Below are positions 49,530-61,836 of a stretch of DNA of 64,000 nt, one piece after another; within the stretch, counting starts at the first letter, position 1, and each line of letters opens with the position of its first letter. Under the pieces are notes generated by a model, which made no database searches, had not been told where the DNA came from, and was given only the letters and a program-made list of their open reading frames with translations. This stretch comes from Euprymna scolopes. Its lineage: Eukaryota. The stretch is taken from assembly GCA_053919585.1 (NCBI GenBank), contig CM132788.1. One strand, given 5' to 3'. The translations under genes were made by a program, and so were the position numbers.

Positions 49530-52500
49530 ACTCAAAAAAGAAATTCAAGACCAGCTCCATTCACTTTACACAGTCGCGAAATTTTCACCCATCTGTCGTT
49601 GAAATTCACAGGAGCGAGTTTCACCTTCTCCAGCTTAATTCGCATTTTCAATCGATATTTGAAAATGAGGACAAACTGGGGAGCAGTGAAGGTCTCATCT
49701 CCGTAAACCTCCTTCTGTCACGTCGTCCAAATCACGCCTCTCATAACTGCTAGTAAACACAGAAAAACATAGCATTCTTCTTTCTTCATGGTCGGCGCCC
49801 AGTTGCAGCACGAGGAAACCGACTCCAGCACAAAAAAACGCTCGCTCAGCATGCGAACCGTGAAGCCTTCAACTAACTCACACAACGGTCGAACGATGGC
49901 GCAGTGGAAGAAAGCATGATCAAGGTCTTCCTCCCATTCTCCGCATCAGACACAATTGGGTGTCTCCGTAAGACCCGCTGCGTAAAGTCTTTTGCCGACC
50001 CAGAGGGCATTTCGTATTACCAGCCAGGTGAGTGATGCCTTGCAATTATCGAAGCAGCTCGACCCAGGCGCCCAAAGCCATATTAAGCGGCGCTCCTCCT
50101 TCGTAAAACTGAACTCCTCAATCTTTTCGTCTCGAACAGATCCCCTCACTAAGACCCGATATAGCGCCTTGCAAGACAACAGCTGGGTGTCAGAGAGGCT
50201 TTCTTTGACCCGTAGAAGAAATCTCTCGGGAGTGGAAGTACTGATAGATGGTAAAGGATCAGGGGGTAGATATGAGAATTGCATACCTCCGCCCGGCCCT
50301 TCAAAGACAGATTTCTCAAGGCCCACAAATGAGATGCGACCTTGACCGCTTCCAATACCTCCGACCAATTTTTCTCCAGCTGGAGACCAGGGCCAAACCA
50401 GACGCCGAGTAGCTTGCATGGCCCATCAGTCCAACCAAAGGGTCCCTGAAGGGGCATACCCCTCCAGGCACCGATACGTAAGCCAATAGACTTAACGTAG
50501 TTAATTATGGCCCCTGTGACCTTCGCATACCGACTTGTTTCTATGTCAACGACTCTAATCTCGGCACTGCTCGTTACAAGCACAGTCACGTCATCAGCAT
50601 AGGCGGTATACTTTACCGGGGTAGAGCCACCTGGCAAAGTAATCCCGCAAAGGACCGGATTCACCCGAACCTGGCGCAAATATGGCTCAAGCGCCAGCAC
50701 ATAACATTGGGGATAACGGACAACCTTGACGGATCGATCTTGTTAACATGAAGGGTTTCGACCTCACCCCATTCACTTCTACCATAGCACCGGGGTTGGC
50801 ATACAAGAGGCAAATCCAAGAGCGAAACTGGGGACCAAACCCAGCCGAGCGAAGAACAGCCTCTAGGTAACGATGGTCTACTCTGTCGAATGCTTTGGAC
50901 TGATCTAAATTGATCAGCGCGGCTTCTGTCGACTTTTTCTACGATCAAGCGTATCGTGTGCAAATTGTCTTGAATCGTCCAGCCCTTAACAGAACAAGTC
51001 TGTTCGGGACTTATTAGACGGTGTAAGACAACCTGCAGACGATTTGCTAAGATCTTGGCCAAAATCTTTAACTCTGTGTTTAACATCGTTAAGGGCTGGA
51101 AATTACCTATCCCATCCCCTCCATTTTTATCTTTGCGTAACAATTTAATGATCCCCCTGGTAAAGTACTGAGGTATGCACCCGTTCCTAAACCAGGAGTT
51201 AAAAAGTATGGTCAGCAAAGGGATAAAAATGGGCGACAGCCTCAAATACACCTTGTAGCGCAGACCATCTATCCCAGGGGTCTTGTCTAGCCCGACCTGT
51301 TTCAAGGCCTCAATGACTTCTTCCTCTTTTATGCCACCTTCACATCTAGCTGCTTCAGTCGCCTCCAGGCGAGGAAAGTCAGCTAAATAGGTGTCAAACT
51401 GTTCAATAGTCAGACCGGGCACCTTGGTAAAAAGTTCCTGAAAATGAGTCCGAAAACCCTCCAAGATTCCGTCGTTTGAAGTTACGGTTCGTCCATCCGG
51501 CAATGTGACACTAGCGATGTGTCGATCTGCAGAACGTCGAAACTCCTCCACACGCAGTGACGCAGCCATGTTTGTTGCCTCGTTTGGCGCTCTTTTTAAT
51601 CTAGCCCTAACTAATAATCCCTGGTCCTCCCTGTTATCCAAGGAGTCCAGTTCAGCCTTAACTACAGTATAGCTAGCACTATCCCCCTCCTCCACCGCCC
51701 TTTCTAATCTATCTTCTAGCGCCGCTTTCGCTTCTCTAGAACTACGGTTGAACCGGCGACTAAAATCAGCAGCGAAGGACCTAATGACTTTTAAGGTTGC
51801 CCCACCACTTATTCCCGATGATAGCCCCCGTCAATTCCCTCTGTATTGTTAGTAGAAGCTGTTCCCGGAAGTCCTTCACATCGAACAACGTGTTGAACTT
51901 CCAGTAACTAGTCATCCTAGGTTTAACACTATCTAAGTTTACTCGAACCCGGACAAGCCTGTGGTCCGAATAAACTATACTATGAAAACTTGGACAATCT
52001 AAAAGCCCTAAGTCGACTCTCCTAACTAAGAACCGATCGATGCAACTCGAAAGTTGCACCAGATCAGAGCCGCGTCTACCTGTCCAAGTCCATGCTAAAT
52101 CCCCGGGTTTTTCGTTCCGAAATATATCGACAAGATCAAACTTGTCGACAAAGTCTCGAAACGCTTTAGCATCCCGGTTCCGGTTAGTATCCCTTGTGGT
52201 ATTAACCCCGCGATCTAACTCAGGATCCAGGACCGCGTTCCAGTCTCCCGCTAAAACTAACCGAGACGAATTCATGAAAGGCTTGATTCGCCGAAAAAAG
52301 GAAACTAGCTCAGTACGGTTATTGGGCACATAAACCCCAATAAAACGAAATGCCACATCCTTTACGGTAACATCCAGAACGAGTAATCTTCCCCCTGGAT
52401 TTGCATAAATAGGGTCACATGATGCATCAAGAATGCGCTTAACTAGCCAGGTAACCCCCCTTGCGTGGGTATCATAATGTGCTGAGTAGAGCTGAAAGTC

Positions 52501-52659
52501 TCTAAGGAGCACGTCATGATAGTCACTTGGAATAAAGTGAGTCTCCTGTAGACAACATACATCCACACCAAGGCGTTGAAGGTCGCGTGCAACTCGAAGT
52601 TTACGAGAGGCGTCCCTCAACCCTCGGACATTTAAGCTAGCTAATCTTAAAGAAGCCAT
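49530..52659 (-). pseudogene. Family A ORF2 (APE endonuclease, reverse transcriptase, C-terminal Zn motif), frameshifted
   Basis: LASLNVRGL, CLQETH, GDWN, IDRF, YSDH; PGIDG, FQPLTMLN, YADD; C..CGE..EDLDHAFFHC. Split over ORFs 51781-52659, 50661-51695, 50149-50700 and 49946-50419. Confidence 0.95.
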
Positions 52660-52669
52660 CTTGAGCTAC

Positions 52670-54511
52670 TTAGGGTTGGGAATCCTGAACAAACATAGAC
52701 GGTGTCAAGATACTGACAGCAGTCCCCATAGACCCAGTGGTCATCTCAGTGGTGATGGACCCGTCTGGGGACAAACCGCCAATATCTAATGGAAATGTTA
52801 GTTTGAGGGCCCTATATAAAGATGGATGAACCTTTATGGGGACCCGCCCAACACATGCCTTTTTGATTTCAGTTAAATCTTTATCATTAAAAAAAGCAGC
52901 TGGAGGAAAAATGTTATATGCTGAATTTGCTTCCTCCAGCATATACCATAAGCCTATGGCTTCTTCCCGGTTTCTTACAACCGTAAGAAGCCTTCTTGCA
53001 GTTTTCTGGGTTCACTACAAGTTTTTTTTACTGTTTTAAATGCATAAAGTGCCCTATAGTCTTTTCTATTATGATTGTTCATGAGTTTCCTGTTCCGGGG
53101 TAATTTTGTAGACGTTCTTGCCTGTATAGTAGGGGAGCTTTTTTTTCCGGGATTCAGCTTCCGTAGAGGGACTTCGGGGCCTTTTTTCCCCCCCGGGGTC
53201 GCAGGAGGCAAGGGAGCAGGCGGGGGAGGAGGGGGAGGCATATCAGTTTTCATTGGGGAAAGGGGAGGGGTATTTTGAGGGGTGTTACAGGGGGTTTTAA
53301 AAGGGGATGGTTTGGGTGATTTTTTGGGGGGGGCAAGCGTTGTCATTTTTTTTTCTCTTTTTGGCAATGCTGTAGTGACAGGTGGGGGTAATGTCTTAGC
53401 TGGGGATGGACGTGTTTTTGTTGGAAGAGTCGGGAAAGAGTCGGAAAGGTTTGGTTTCTTTTTTTTTCGGTTTTGCGATCTTGGTCTAGTCGGTCTTTTA
53501 GTTTGCTTAAAACTTTAAATTTGTTGCCTCCTGGATCCTTTGAACACATTGCTTCTATTCTATCCTTCTCCAGGCTTTGTGCATAAGACTTTGGGGATGA
53601 AAGTTTTTTATTTTTCACCAATGTCCATTCTTGAGCTTTAGCTGGCGATTCCTTTGTTGTATTGCACAATTGCTCGAATTGGTCTAGTGAGAGTCTCTTG
53701 ATTGGACTTGCGTGAGTGCTTGTGACGGGAGGAGTATTGGTAGAGTCTTATGTGGCGTAACTGTACCCTATTTTGGTTGTCTGTTGCGGGCTTCGAATTG
53801 TTTGCGTTCTTTTGGGGCATGTGAAAGTGAGGTGCCCTACCTCTCCACATATCCAGCATGCTGGGCGGCGTCCGGCTACCACTAGTGGTAGTTTGTCTTC
53901 TCCTGCTTCAATATAAGGAATTTTACTGAAAGCTTCCTTATTCAGTAAAATTTCAAAAGTCCATGTTCCCTGGAAACTATCCAAATTAACACCTGTTATT
54001 TCTCCAAATTGGAGAAACGCACATAAATATTCACCAGGGACAGTCACTGGAACCTCAAAAACTGAAACTGTTGTTCTTCTTCTTCCCATGTATTCCATTC
54101 TTAATATGTGGTCTTTAGTAATAATTTCCTGTTTGGACATATTAATGCATTCCTCCTCGGTCTTGAATAGGGAATTCCAGGTGTTGTAGCCCTTACATTT
54201 CGTTATCCTTTCAGGTCTCAAGCCTGTTGTCGCGATTAGCTTTGCCACTTGTTCTTCTGTTGAACGAATTAACTTTGTCTTTCTGTCTACAACAAAGAGA
54301 AGGATAGTTTTTTGGTGATCTCTTCCAACTTTTGAAGATCCAGCTTGACACCTTTATCTGTGACAAATTCCGCACACAGCTTAGCTTTCTCAATGAAATC
54401 TTTCACGTCGATTTTTATGGCTGGAGGCTTTGTCCAACCCTGCTTTTCCATGTTATCATTGGGATTCATGTTTGGTAAAGTTTCCATCGGCGTCCCGGTG
54501 GCTGCCGCCAT
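52670..54511 (-). pseudogene. Family A ORF1 (nucleic-acid-binding protein), frameshifted
   Basis: Starts MAAATG; probable RRM-like region; CWICGEVGHLTFTC knuckle; Pro/Lys-rich linker; C-terminal block ending DSQP*; homologous to B ORF1. Confidence 0.9.
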
Positions 54512-54675
54512 CGCCGGTGGAAGCAGAAAGGAAAAATAACAGTCTTATAACAAGTAACGTAGGAGGAAGAGAAGAGAGAGGAATAACAAATTTAACAACA
54601 ATGTATAACAATAATAATAATAACAGCGCAATAAATATCGGATACGAACCACAAGAGTGATAATCAAAAGCGACC

Positions 54676-54691
54676 ACAATTTGCAGGACAC
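54676..54691 (-). other. 16-bp target motif / TSD, copy 2 (GTGTCCTGCAAATTGT)
   Basis: The only sequence separating the 3' end of B from the 5' UTR of A. Confidence 0.9.
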
Positions 54692-56398
54692 AGTATTTAT
54701 TTTCGGAAAATTTACAAAGTAAAAATCAGAAAAATTTGGCACAAGGCCGAAGATGGGGAAGGGGAAAGGACGGTCTTCTCAGACTAGTGCTAACTAATCT
54801 AACCTAACTAGTTCCTACTTTCACTCTACTTACACCATAATACCACATTCATACTATACATCCATCAGCGTATACATCCTTCATCAATTACCATAAGAAC
54901 ATCATGCCATGATAACCTAATTAAAACCCATAAGAAAGGGGGGTTTGGGAAGATAAAAATTTTATATACAAAATACAAATGAAGTATTTACAATGTTAGT
55001 AACACAAGACCCCCCCCCCCGTTGTTAAACTATGGCAGATGCACTGATTCGCCAGTCGAAAGGGTGATGCAGGTCCAAACACTTTATTTAAAGCACCTCT
55101 TACGAAAACTTCGAAAGGGAACCCGCATCTCTGGCGAATCAAGCGATCTGTCACCTAATTTGGGAGGGGAGTGGGGTTAGAAAAAAAAAAAAACTTAAAA
55201 GGGGCCTAATGATCGCTATCACACACTAGCTAGGTTATGAACAAAGAAGCCTAAATAATGGTCCTACTCTTGCCTATATCGTGACCTATTCTGGACTAAA
55301 AACGAGTCAGGGCTGACGTTCGTTCCTGTCACCCAAAATTCTTCTTCCTAAGGAACATCCAAGAACCAGTCAAGACTTGCTTCTCTCACCCGACACACAC
55401 GCGCAACTGACACCCACCTTTCAACAAAGTCTGACGGAGAGAGTCTAACTCTCTCGGCCTTGATACGATCCTTTAAATAATGACGGAAGAGTCGTATAAG
55501 GTCGAGGGGAGCGAAGTCCTCAGATCCATAGACCACTTTCATATGTGTGTTCCAGATAACACCTCTCATCACAGCTAGCAAGGTCAAACACAAATCTTTT
55601 CTGAGCCTATCCGTTGTCGGAGCCCAATTGCTACAGACATTAATAGGAACCAAGGTTAATGAGGATGTTTTTAGTATGCGGACCATGAGACCTGTAACAA
55701 ACTCAATCAGCGGCGCCACGATGCGACAAACGAAGGCGTGACAAAGTCTCGTCCTCATCGCCGCACCGTTTACAAATAGGCGAGTCCACCAAGCCAGCTG
55801 AGTGGAGTCTCTTACCGACCCAGAGAGCATCCCGAATTACCAGCCAGGTCAGGGAAGCCTCGTCGTTAGTGAGGCATCCTGACCCAAGGCCAGATTGAGC
55901 GGAGCTGCTCCTTCGCCAAAGGGAGCCTCTCACCGACGACATCCGTTACAGATCCCCTCACTAAAACCCGATATAATGCCTTTCGGGACAACAGCAGAGT
56001 GTTAGAGAGGCTTTCCTTCACTCTTAAGAGGGACTTCAGTGCGCGCCGGCACTCGCGGTAGAAGGGACATTCACCTCGGGGCAACCTGTGTGCCTCCCCC
56101 TCGGAGTAGTGCACCCCTCTCAAAGCCGGGAAGGCTTTCTTGGTGTCCTCCATCCAGAGGCAACCGTTTTCCCTATCTTGTGTGCACATTCGATCTAGAT
56201 AGAGCCGTAGCGTGTATAGCCGAATCTCCACTTTTGGCATACCTAGACCGCCTTCAGAAGGATGTAGGTAGCAGACATCGCGACAGACCTTAGGGGCCCT
56301 TCTAAGCCATAAGAAGTTGAAAAGAGCCCTCTGCAAATATAGCAGTATATCTGACGGGATTGGAAGCACTGATAGACGATAAATAGCGATTGGATATA

Positions 56399-58023
56399 CA
56401 GTGATGATCATATTTATTGGCACGGTAAAATAAAAGTTAAATTTTGTCTAATAAATTCTAAAAAAGGGATTAAATTAAAGAAAATAACAAAGTATATTAT
56501 GTATTTTTAACTGGCCTTTCCAATGCAGCAATCGGATTTTAGAAAAAATAAATAACAAAGGAACAACAAACATAATTGCAAAAAACCCTTGTTCAAAATT
56601 ATTGGCACGATTTATTTAATAATCAATTGTATAGCCTTTGGCCTTGATTACCTTCCTCAGTCGCTTTTCATAGTTTACAACCAAGTTGTTGCCCTCTTCA
56701 GTAGTAATTTTAGCCCACTCTTCCTGACAATAATCCTCCAATTGAATAAGATTCTTAGGCTTCCTTTGCATTACCCTCAATTTTAATGTTCTCCATAAAT
56801 TTTCAATTGGATTAAGGTCTGGGCTTTGTGATGGCCACTCCAAAACATTAATATGATTGTCCTCAAGCCATTTCTTAGTCAGTTTAGCCGAATGCTTTGG
56901 GTCATTATCTTGCATGAACCACCAACGACGACCAAGTGAGAGCTCTTTAGCAGAGTCTTTCAGGTTTTCATCCAATATTTTAACATAATCTTCCTTTTTT
57001 ATGCTACCTGTGACCTTAACAAGTCGCCCTGGTCCAGAGGCAGCAAAGGATCCCAAAAACATCAAACTGCCTCCACCATGCTTCACTGTGGGTATGGTGT
57101 TCTTAGGCAGGAAAGCTTCGCCAGATTTTCTGTAAATATAAGACACTTTATTATGGCCAAATAACTCTATTTTCGTTTCGTCAGTCCATAGAACACGTTT
57201 CCAGAATGCAACATCTTTATCAATATGACGTTTTGCAAAGGCTAGCCTTGCTTTCAGGTGCATAGGCTTCAATAAGGGAGTCTTTCTCGGACGACATGCT
57301 TTTAAACCAGCTCTCTTCAAAACTCTACCAACTGTATGTCAAGATACATTCACTCCAGAGGTGCTCTGTTCATCAACAATCTCCCCAACAGAGATCCTTG
57401 GGTTTTGTTTTACTTGTCGAACAATTTTCCGTTCATCTCTTGGAAAGAATTCTTTTTCTCCCTCTACCCTCTAAACTCATAACGTGGCCTTGCGATTTGA
57501 ACTTGTTTATTATGGCTCTAACAGTGGATTTGGGAAGGTTTAGCTTCTTTGAAATCTTATCATAGCCCTCCCCATTGGTATGGCATGCTATAACAAGCTT
57601 CCTGACGTCTTCGCTGTGTTCCTTAGTTTTAACCATGGCGATTGAAAATTATAATTTAGTCACTTATAATAGTTTAAATAAATCGCTATCTAAAAATTAT
57701 CTGAAAAATTATTCACTGAATTAGCGTTAAACAAGCATAATATGGCTATAAAAAAGTTCAGAAAGCACGTAAACCGGAAATTGATATTATACTGATACTA
57801 AAAGAAAAACAAAGCCGTGCCAATAATTTTGAACAAGGGTTTTTTGCAATTATGTTTGTTGTTCCTTTGTTATTTATTTTTTCTAAAATCCGATTGCTGC
57901 ATCGGAAAGGCCAGTTAAAAATACATAATATACTTTGTTATTTTCTTTAATTTAATCCCTTTTTTGGAATTTATTAGACAAAATTTAACTTATTTTACCG
58001 TGCCAATAATATGATCATCACTG
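56399..58023 (-). mobile_element. Tc1 DNA transposon (DD34E) with ~210-bp IR/DR-type TIRs and TA TSD
   Basis: TA|CAGTG...CACTG|TA; TIRs 56399-56609 and 57816-58023, each bounded by direct repeats of TTATTGGCACG. Confidence 0.97.
56616..57636 (-). pseudogene. Tc1 transposase with one frameshift (~57440) and one in-frame TGA (~57340)
   Basis: MVKTKEHSEDVRK HTH start, GRKR NLS-like segment, WTDETK, QDNDPKH, SPDLNPIENLW; 34 residues between the second D and E. Confidence 0.95.
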
Positions 58024-59887
58024 TATGTGGGTATTACACACCTCCGCTCTCCCCTTTAATGAAATGTTTCTACTGATCCACTGAAGCTGCAGACCGTACC
58101 ACTTTCAGAACCTCCGACCAATTTTTCTCCAGCTCGAGGTCAGGACCAAACCAGACGCCGAGTATCTTGCAAGGCCCATCGCTCCAACTGAAGGGGCATA
58201 CCCCTCCAGGCACCAATGCGCAAACCCGAAGACTTGTCGCAGTTAATTTTGGCCCCTGTTACCGTTTCATACAATCTGATTTCTACACCGACGACACTAA
58301 TCTCAGCACTGCTCGTTACAAGCACAGTTACGTCGTCGGCATAGGTGGAGTACTTCGCCTGGGCATCCGCACCTGGCAAAGTGATTCCGCGTAGAACCGG
58401 ATTCACCCTTAGCCTGCGCAAAAATGGTTCGATCGCAAGCACATATAGCATGGGTGATAACGGGCACCCCTTGACGAATGGACCGTGACAAACTGAAGGG
58501 TCTCGACCTCTTCCCATTTACTTCCACCATCACCGCGGGGTTAGCATAGAGAAGATGAACCCAAGAGCGAAATTGCGGCTTCGGTCGTCGAAAGACGAGA
58601 AAAGTCAGCCAAATAGGTGTCGAACTGTTCTAATGACAGACCGGGTTCCATGGAAAAAAGCTCCTGGAAATGGGATCTAAACGCCTCCAACACACCCTGG
58701 TTTGTGGTCACGGTACGCCCGTCCGGCAATGTGACACGAGCGATGTGCCTATCAGCCGCTTGCCTAAGCTCCTCTGCATGCAGTTCAGCGGCCATGTTTG
58801 TTGCTTCCTGGAGCATTCTTTTTAACCTAGCCCTAATCGCTAAGGCTTGGTGCTCCTTTTCAGCAAAGGAGGCAAGCCGAGCCCTAATTATATTAACGCT
58901 AGCACTATCCCCGTCCTCCACCGCCCGATCTAGTCTAGAGCCTAGTGTCACTTTAGCTGCCCTAGAATCTAGATTGAGTCTTTTGCTAAAGTCAGCAGCA
59001 AAGGACCTAATGGCTTCCTTAACTTTTACTCACCACTTATTCCCAATAATTGCCCCCGTCAATTCCCGCTGTAGGGTTAGTAATAGTCCGTCATGGAAGC
59101 CCTTCACATCGAACAACGACGTGTTGAGCTTCCAGTAACCGGCTAATCTAGGCTTAGGTCTATCTAAGTTTACCCGTACACGAACAAGTCTGTGATCCGA
59201 GTAAACTATATTGTGGAAACTTGGACAATCCAATACTCCTACATCGACTCACCTAACTAAGAACCGGTCGATATAGCTCAAGCGCTGTATCGAATCGGAG
59301 CCGCCTCTACCTGTCCAAGTCCACACTAAGTCACGGGGCTTTTCATTTCGGAACTTGTCGATAAGATCAAACTTATTCACGAAATAAAACGGCATCCCGA
59401 TCTCTGTTAGTTCCCCTAGATGTTAACCCAAATCGATCTAACTCGGGATCCAGGACGGCGTTCCAGTCTCTCGCTAAGATAACCATTCTAACATCTATGA
59501 ACTGCTCCATCCGCCGAAAAAAAACCAGCCAGCTCAGAATGGCTATTGGGCGCATAAACCCCAATAAGACGTAATGCCCTACCCTTTATGGTAACATCCA
59601 AAACACAGTCTTCCCTCCGGATCCAAGTAAGACGGGTCACACGACGCATCTAGAGACCTTTTAACTAGCCAGGAAACCCCTCTCGAGCGAGAATTATAGT
59701 GCGCTGAGTAAGCCTCAAAGGTCTTAGACAGTGCACCCAAATGGTCACCAGGAATAAGATGGGTTTCCTGCACACAACATATATCCACTCCGAGGTGCTG
59801 CAGGTCCAAACTCAAGCGCCATTTGCGCGAGTCGGCCCTTAGCCCTCGGACATTTAAACTAGCAAGCTTGAGATCCATGGTGGTGCC

Positions 59888-61641
59888 TTAGGGTTGGGAA
59901 CCAGGAACGAACATCGCGGTCGTGAGCATGCCGACGGCTCTCGTGAGGGAATAAGTACCCATCGCAGTATCGATGAGGCCGTCACGAGAGATACCACCGA
60001 CATGCAAAGGATAGGTTAGTTTTGCTATCCTATATAGGGAGGGGTGCATTTTTACCGGGATCCTCCCAACACAACATTTTTTAAGGTTTTTTATGTCGCT
60101 ATCTTTAAACACAAGGGGAGTGGGGAGGTTGAAGGCTTTATTTGCCTCTTCGAACATTAGCCAAAGATCCTTGGCCTCTTCTTTTTTCCGAACAACGGTT
60201 AAGATTCTTTTGGCATTTGGAAAATTAGCAGGGGTATCTACTAGTTTCCCCCCCCCACCTCCTTGAACTCAATTAGTTTTGTGAGGTCGGTTCCTTTAAA
60301 GTTCTTGTGGTTGTTAATAGCGGCTTGGTTTATTATGCAAATGTCTTTGCCAGGGAGGTAGAGAGTCTTTTTCTTGTGTTCAGGCGAGGGGGTGATGTCC
60401 ATTGCAGAATGTGTGTTTTTAGGAGATGCAAGGGGAGTGTTGTGAGTGGTCGCAGAGGTGGATGGAATGGGAGAGGAGGGTTTGTGTTTTTTTTGAAAGG
60501 CTTAAGGGTGTTAGTTTAGGCTGTTTATAAGGGACCGGAGTTGTAACTGGAGAAGGCATTTTGAGGGGGGAAGGAGTTATTGGCTTTGTAGGAGACTGGG
60601 TGATAGGGTTGGTTAGGGATTTGGGGCTTGGTTTCGGAGAAGTGGGTTTACATGGGGATTTGGGTGATGGGCGTTGAGCATCTAATTTCTTTTTTAATTT
60701 GACGACTTCGAGATATTTTTCTTTTCCGGGGTCATTTTGCAGCATTGCCTGTTCTTTCATTTGGTCCAGGCTCAGGCGTCCAGGGGTTTTTCTCCCAGGG
60801 GCGATTTGCCAGGGTTCTCCCCTGAGGATTTCGTCTGTTTCGTTGGTAGGCGGCTTGGGAACACTTTTTGATGAGGATCCCAAGTGTTGTCCAATGGATT
60901 TTTTGGTGTTTGGAGGAGGTTTTTTTAAGGGGCATTCTGACGTGAGGTGGCCAATTTCGCTGCAATTCCAGCATGTCGGTCTTCGGCCAGCCACTATTAT
61001 AGGGAGTTTCTCCTCTCCCGCCTCGGAAGAAAGGGATCGCATCGAAGTTTGCCTTATCGAGGAGGATGTCGTATGACCATATGCCATGAAACTCGTCCAC
61101 CTGCACCGAAACCATTTCGCCATATTTTAGAAGGAAGGCGCCGATGTGTTCTCCTTCAATGTGGTGAGATACATTAAAAACGGACACAGTAGTCCGACGT
61201 TTTCCCATATATTCTGATCTTAGAATATAGTTTTGAGTGATTATCTCTTTTTGTGAGATAGTTAGGCAGTCTTCTGGGGAGTTAAAAAGTACACTCCATG
61301 TGTTGTAGCCCTTGCACTTGACGATGCGCAAAGGTCTAAAACCAGCTGTAGCCAAAAGGTTGGTGATGATATCTGTGCTTGCTCTTATTACTTTTTTTAA
61401 CTTTCTGTCGACTATAAATATAGTCAGACACTTTTTTTTGGATTTCCTCCAACCTTGGCACGTTGACGATTAATCCTTTGTCGGTGACAAGTTCCAGGCA
61501 TTGTTTTGCCTTTTCAATAAATTCGTTGACGTTGATATCCACTTTCGGTGGTTTGGTCGAAGTGTTTGGCGTAGCAGTAGTGCCGTTTTCCGCTTCCAAG
61601 ATGTCGACGACAATGGGCGTTTGGCTCGCCGAAGCGGCCAT
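59888..61641 (-). pseudogene. Family B ORF1, frameshifted
   Basis: Starts MAASASQ; KCKGYNTW, SEYMGKRR, CWNCSEIGHLTSEC, SP/KP-rich linker, C-terminal block ending GSQP*. Confidence 0.9.
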
Positions 61642-61836
61642 AGCCGAACCATTAAAAAAAGACGTTTAAAAGAAAGTCCAAAAAAACAACTGTTAAAAAT
61701 AACAGTAAGACAAATGAAAGAAAAAAAAAGCGTCGTGTAGAGAAAAAAAATCCGACGGTAATAAAAATAAAAGGGTAAAAATCACTGATAGAATAACGCA
61801 CGAGACAAGAGTCAAAAGCAACTTGAAATCACAAAG

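Larger units (their letters stand above)
48904..54675 (-). mobile_element. Near-full-length Tx1/L1-clade non-LTR retrotransposon, family A
   Basis: ~165-nt 5' UTR, ORF1 with CCHC knuckle, 10-nt spacer, ORF2 APE-RT-C-terminal zinc motif, ~630-nt 3' UTR, flanked by the 16-bp motif. Confidence 0.95.
55348..59878 (-). pseudogene. Family B ORF2 (APE-RT-Zn), disrupted
   Basis: LASLNVRGL, CVQETH, DWNAVLD, YSDH, GCPLSP, YADD, GGLGMP, CKRCGDEDETLSH. About 0.5 kb of the RT N-terminal part is missing at ~58575 relative to A; Tc1 inserted at 56399-58023. Confidence 0.93.
54692..61836 (-). mobile_element. Near-full-length Tx1/L1-clade non-LTR retrotransposon, family B, with internal RT deletion and Tc1 insertion
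   Basis: ~195-nt pyrimidine-rich 5' UTR, ORF1 61641-59888, 9-nt spacer, ORF2 59878-55348, ~655-nt 3' UTR; identical 16-bp flanks. Confidence 0.95.

Noticed and set aside
54735-54755. U2 snRNA target (TCGGCCTT) as for Keno-type elements
   Set aside because: The motif is inside the 3' UTR of the copies, with no following U2 branch-point sequence.
49992-61740. Plus-strand ORFs antisense to the Tx1 elements (e.g. 58617-59138, 60699-61076)
   Set aside because: Shadow ORFs of the minus-strand coding sequence; not conserved between A and B.
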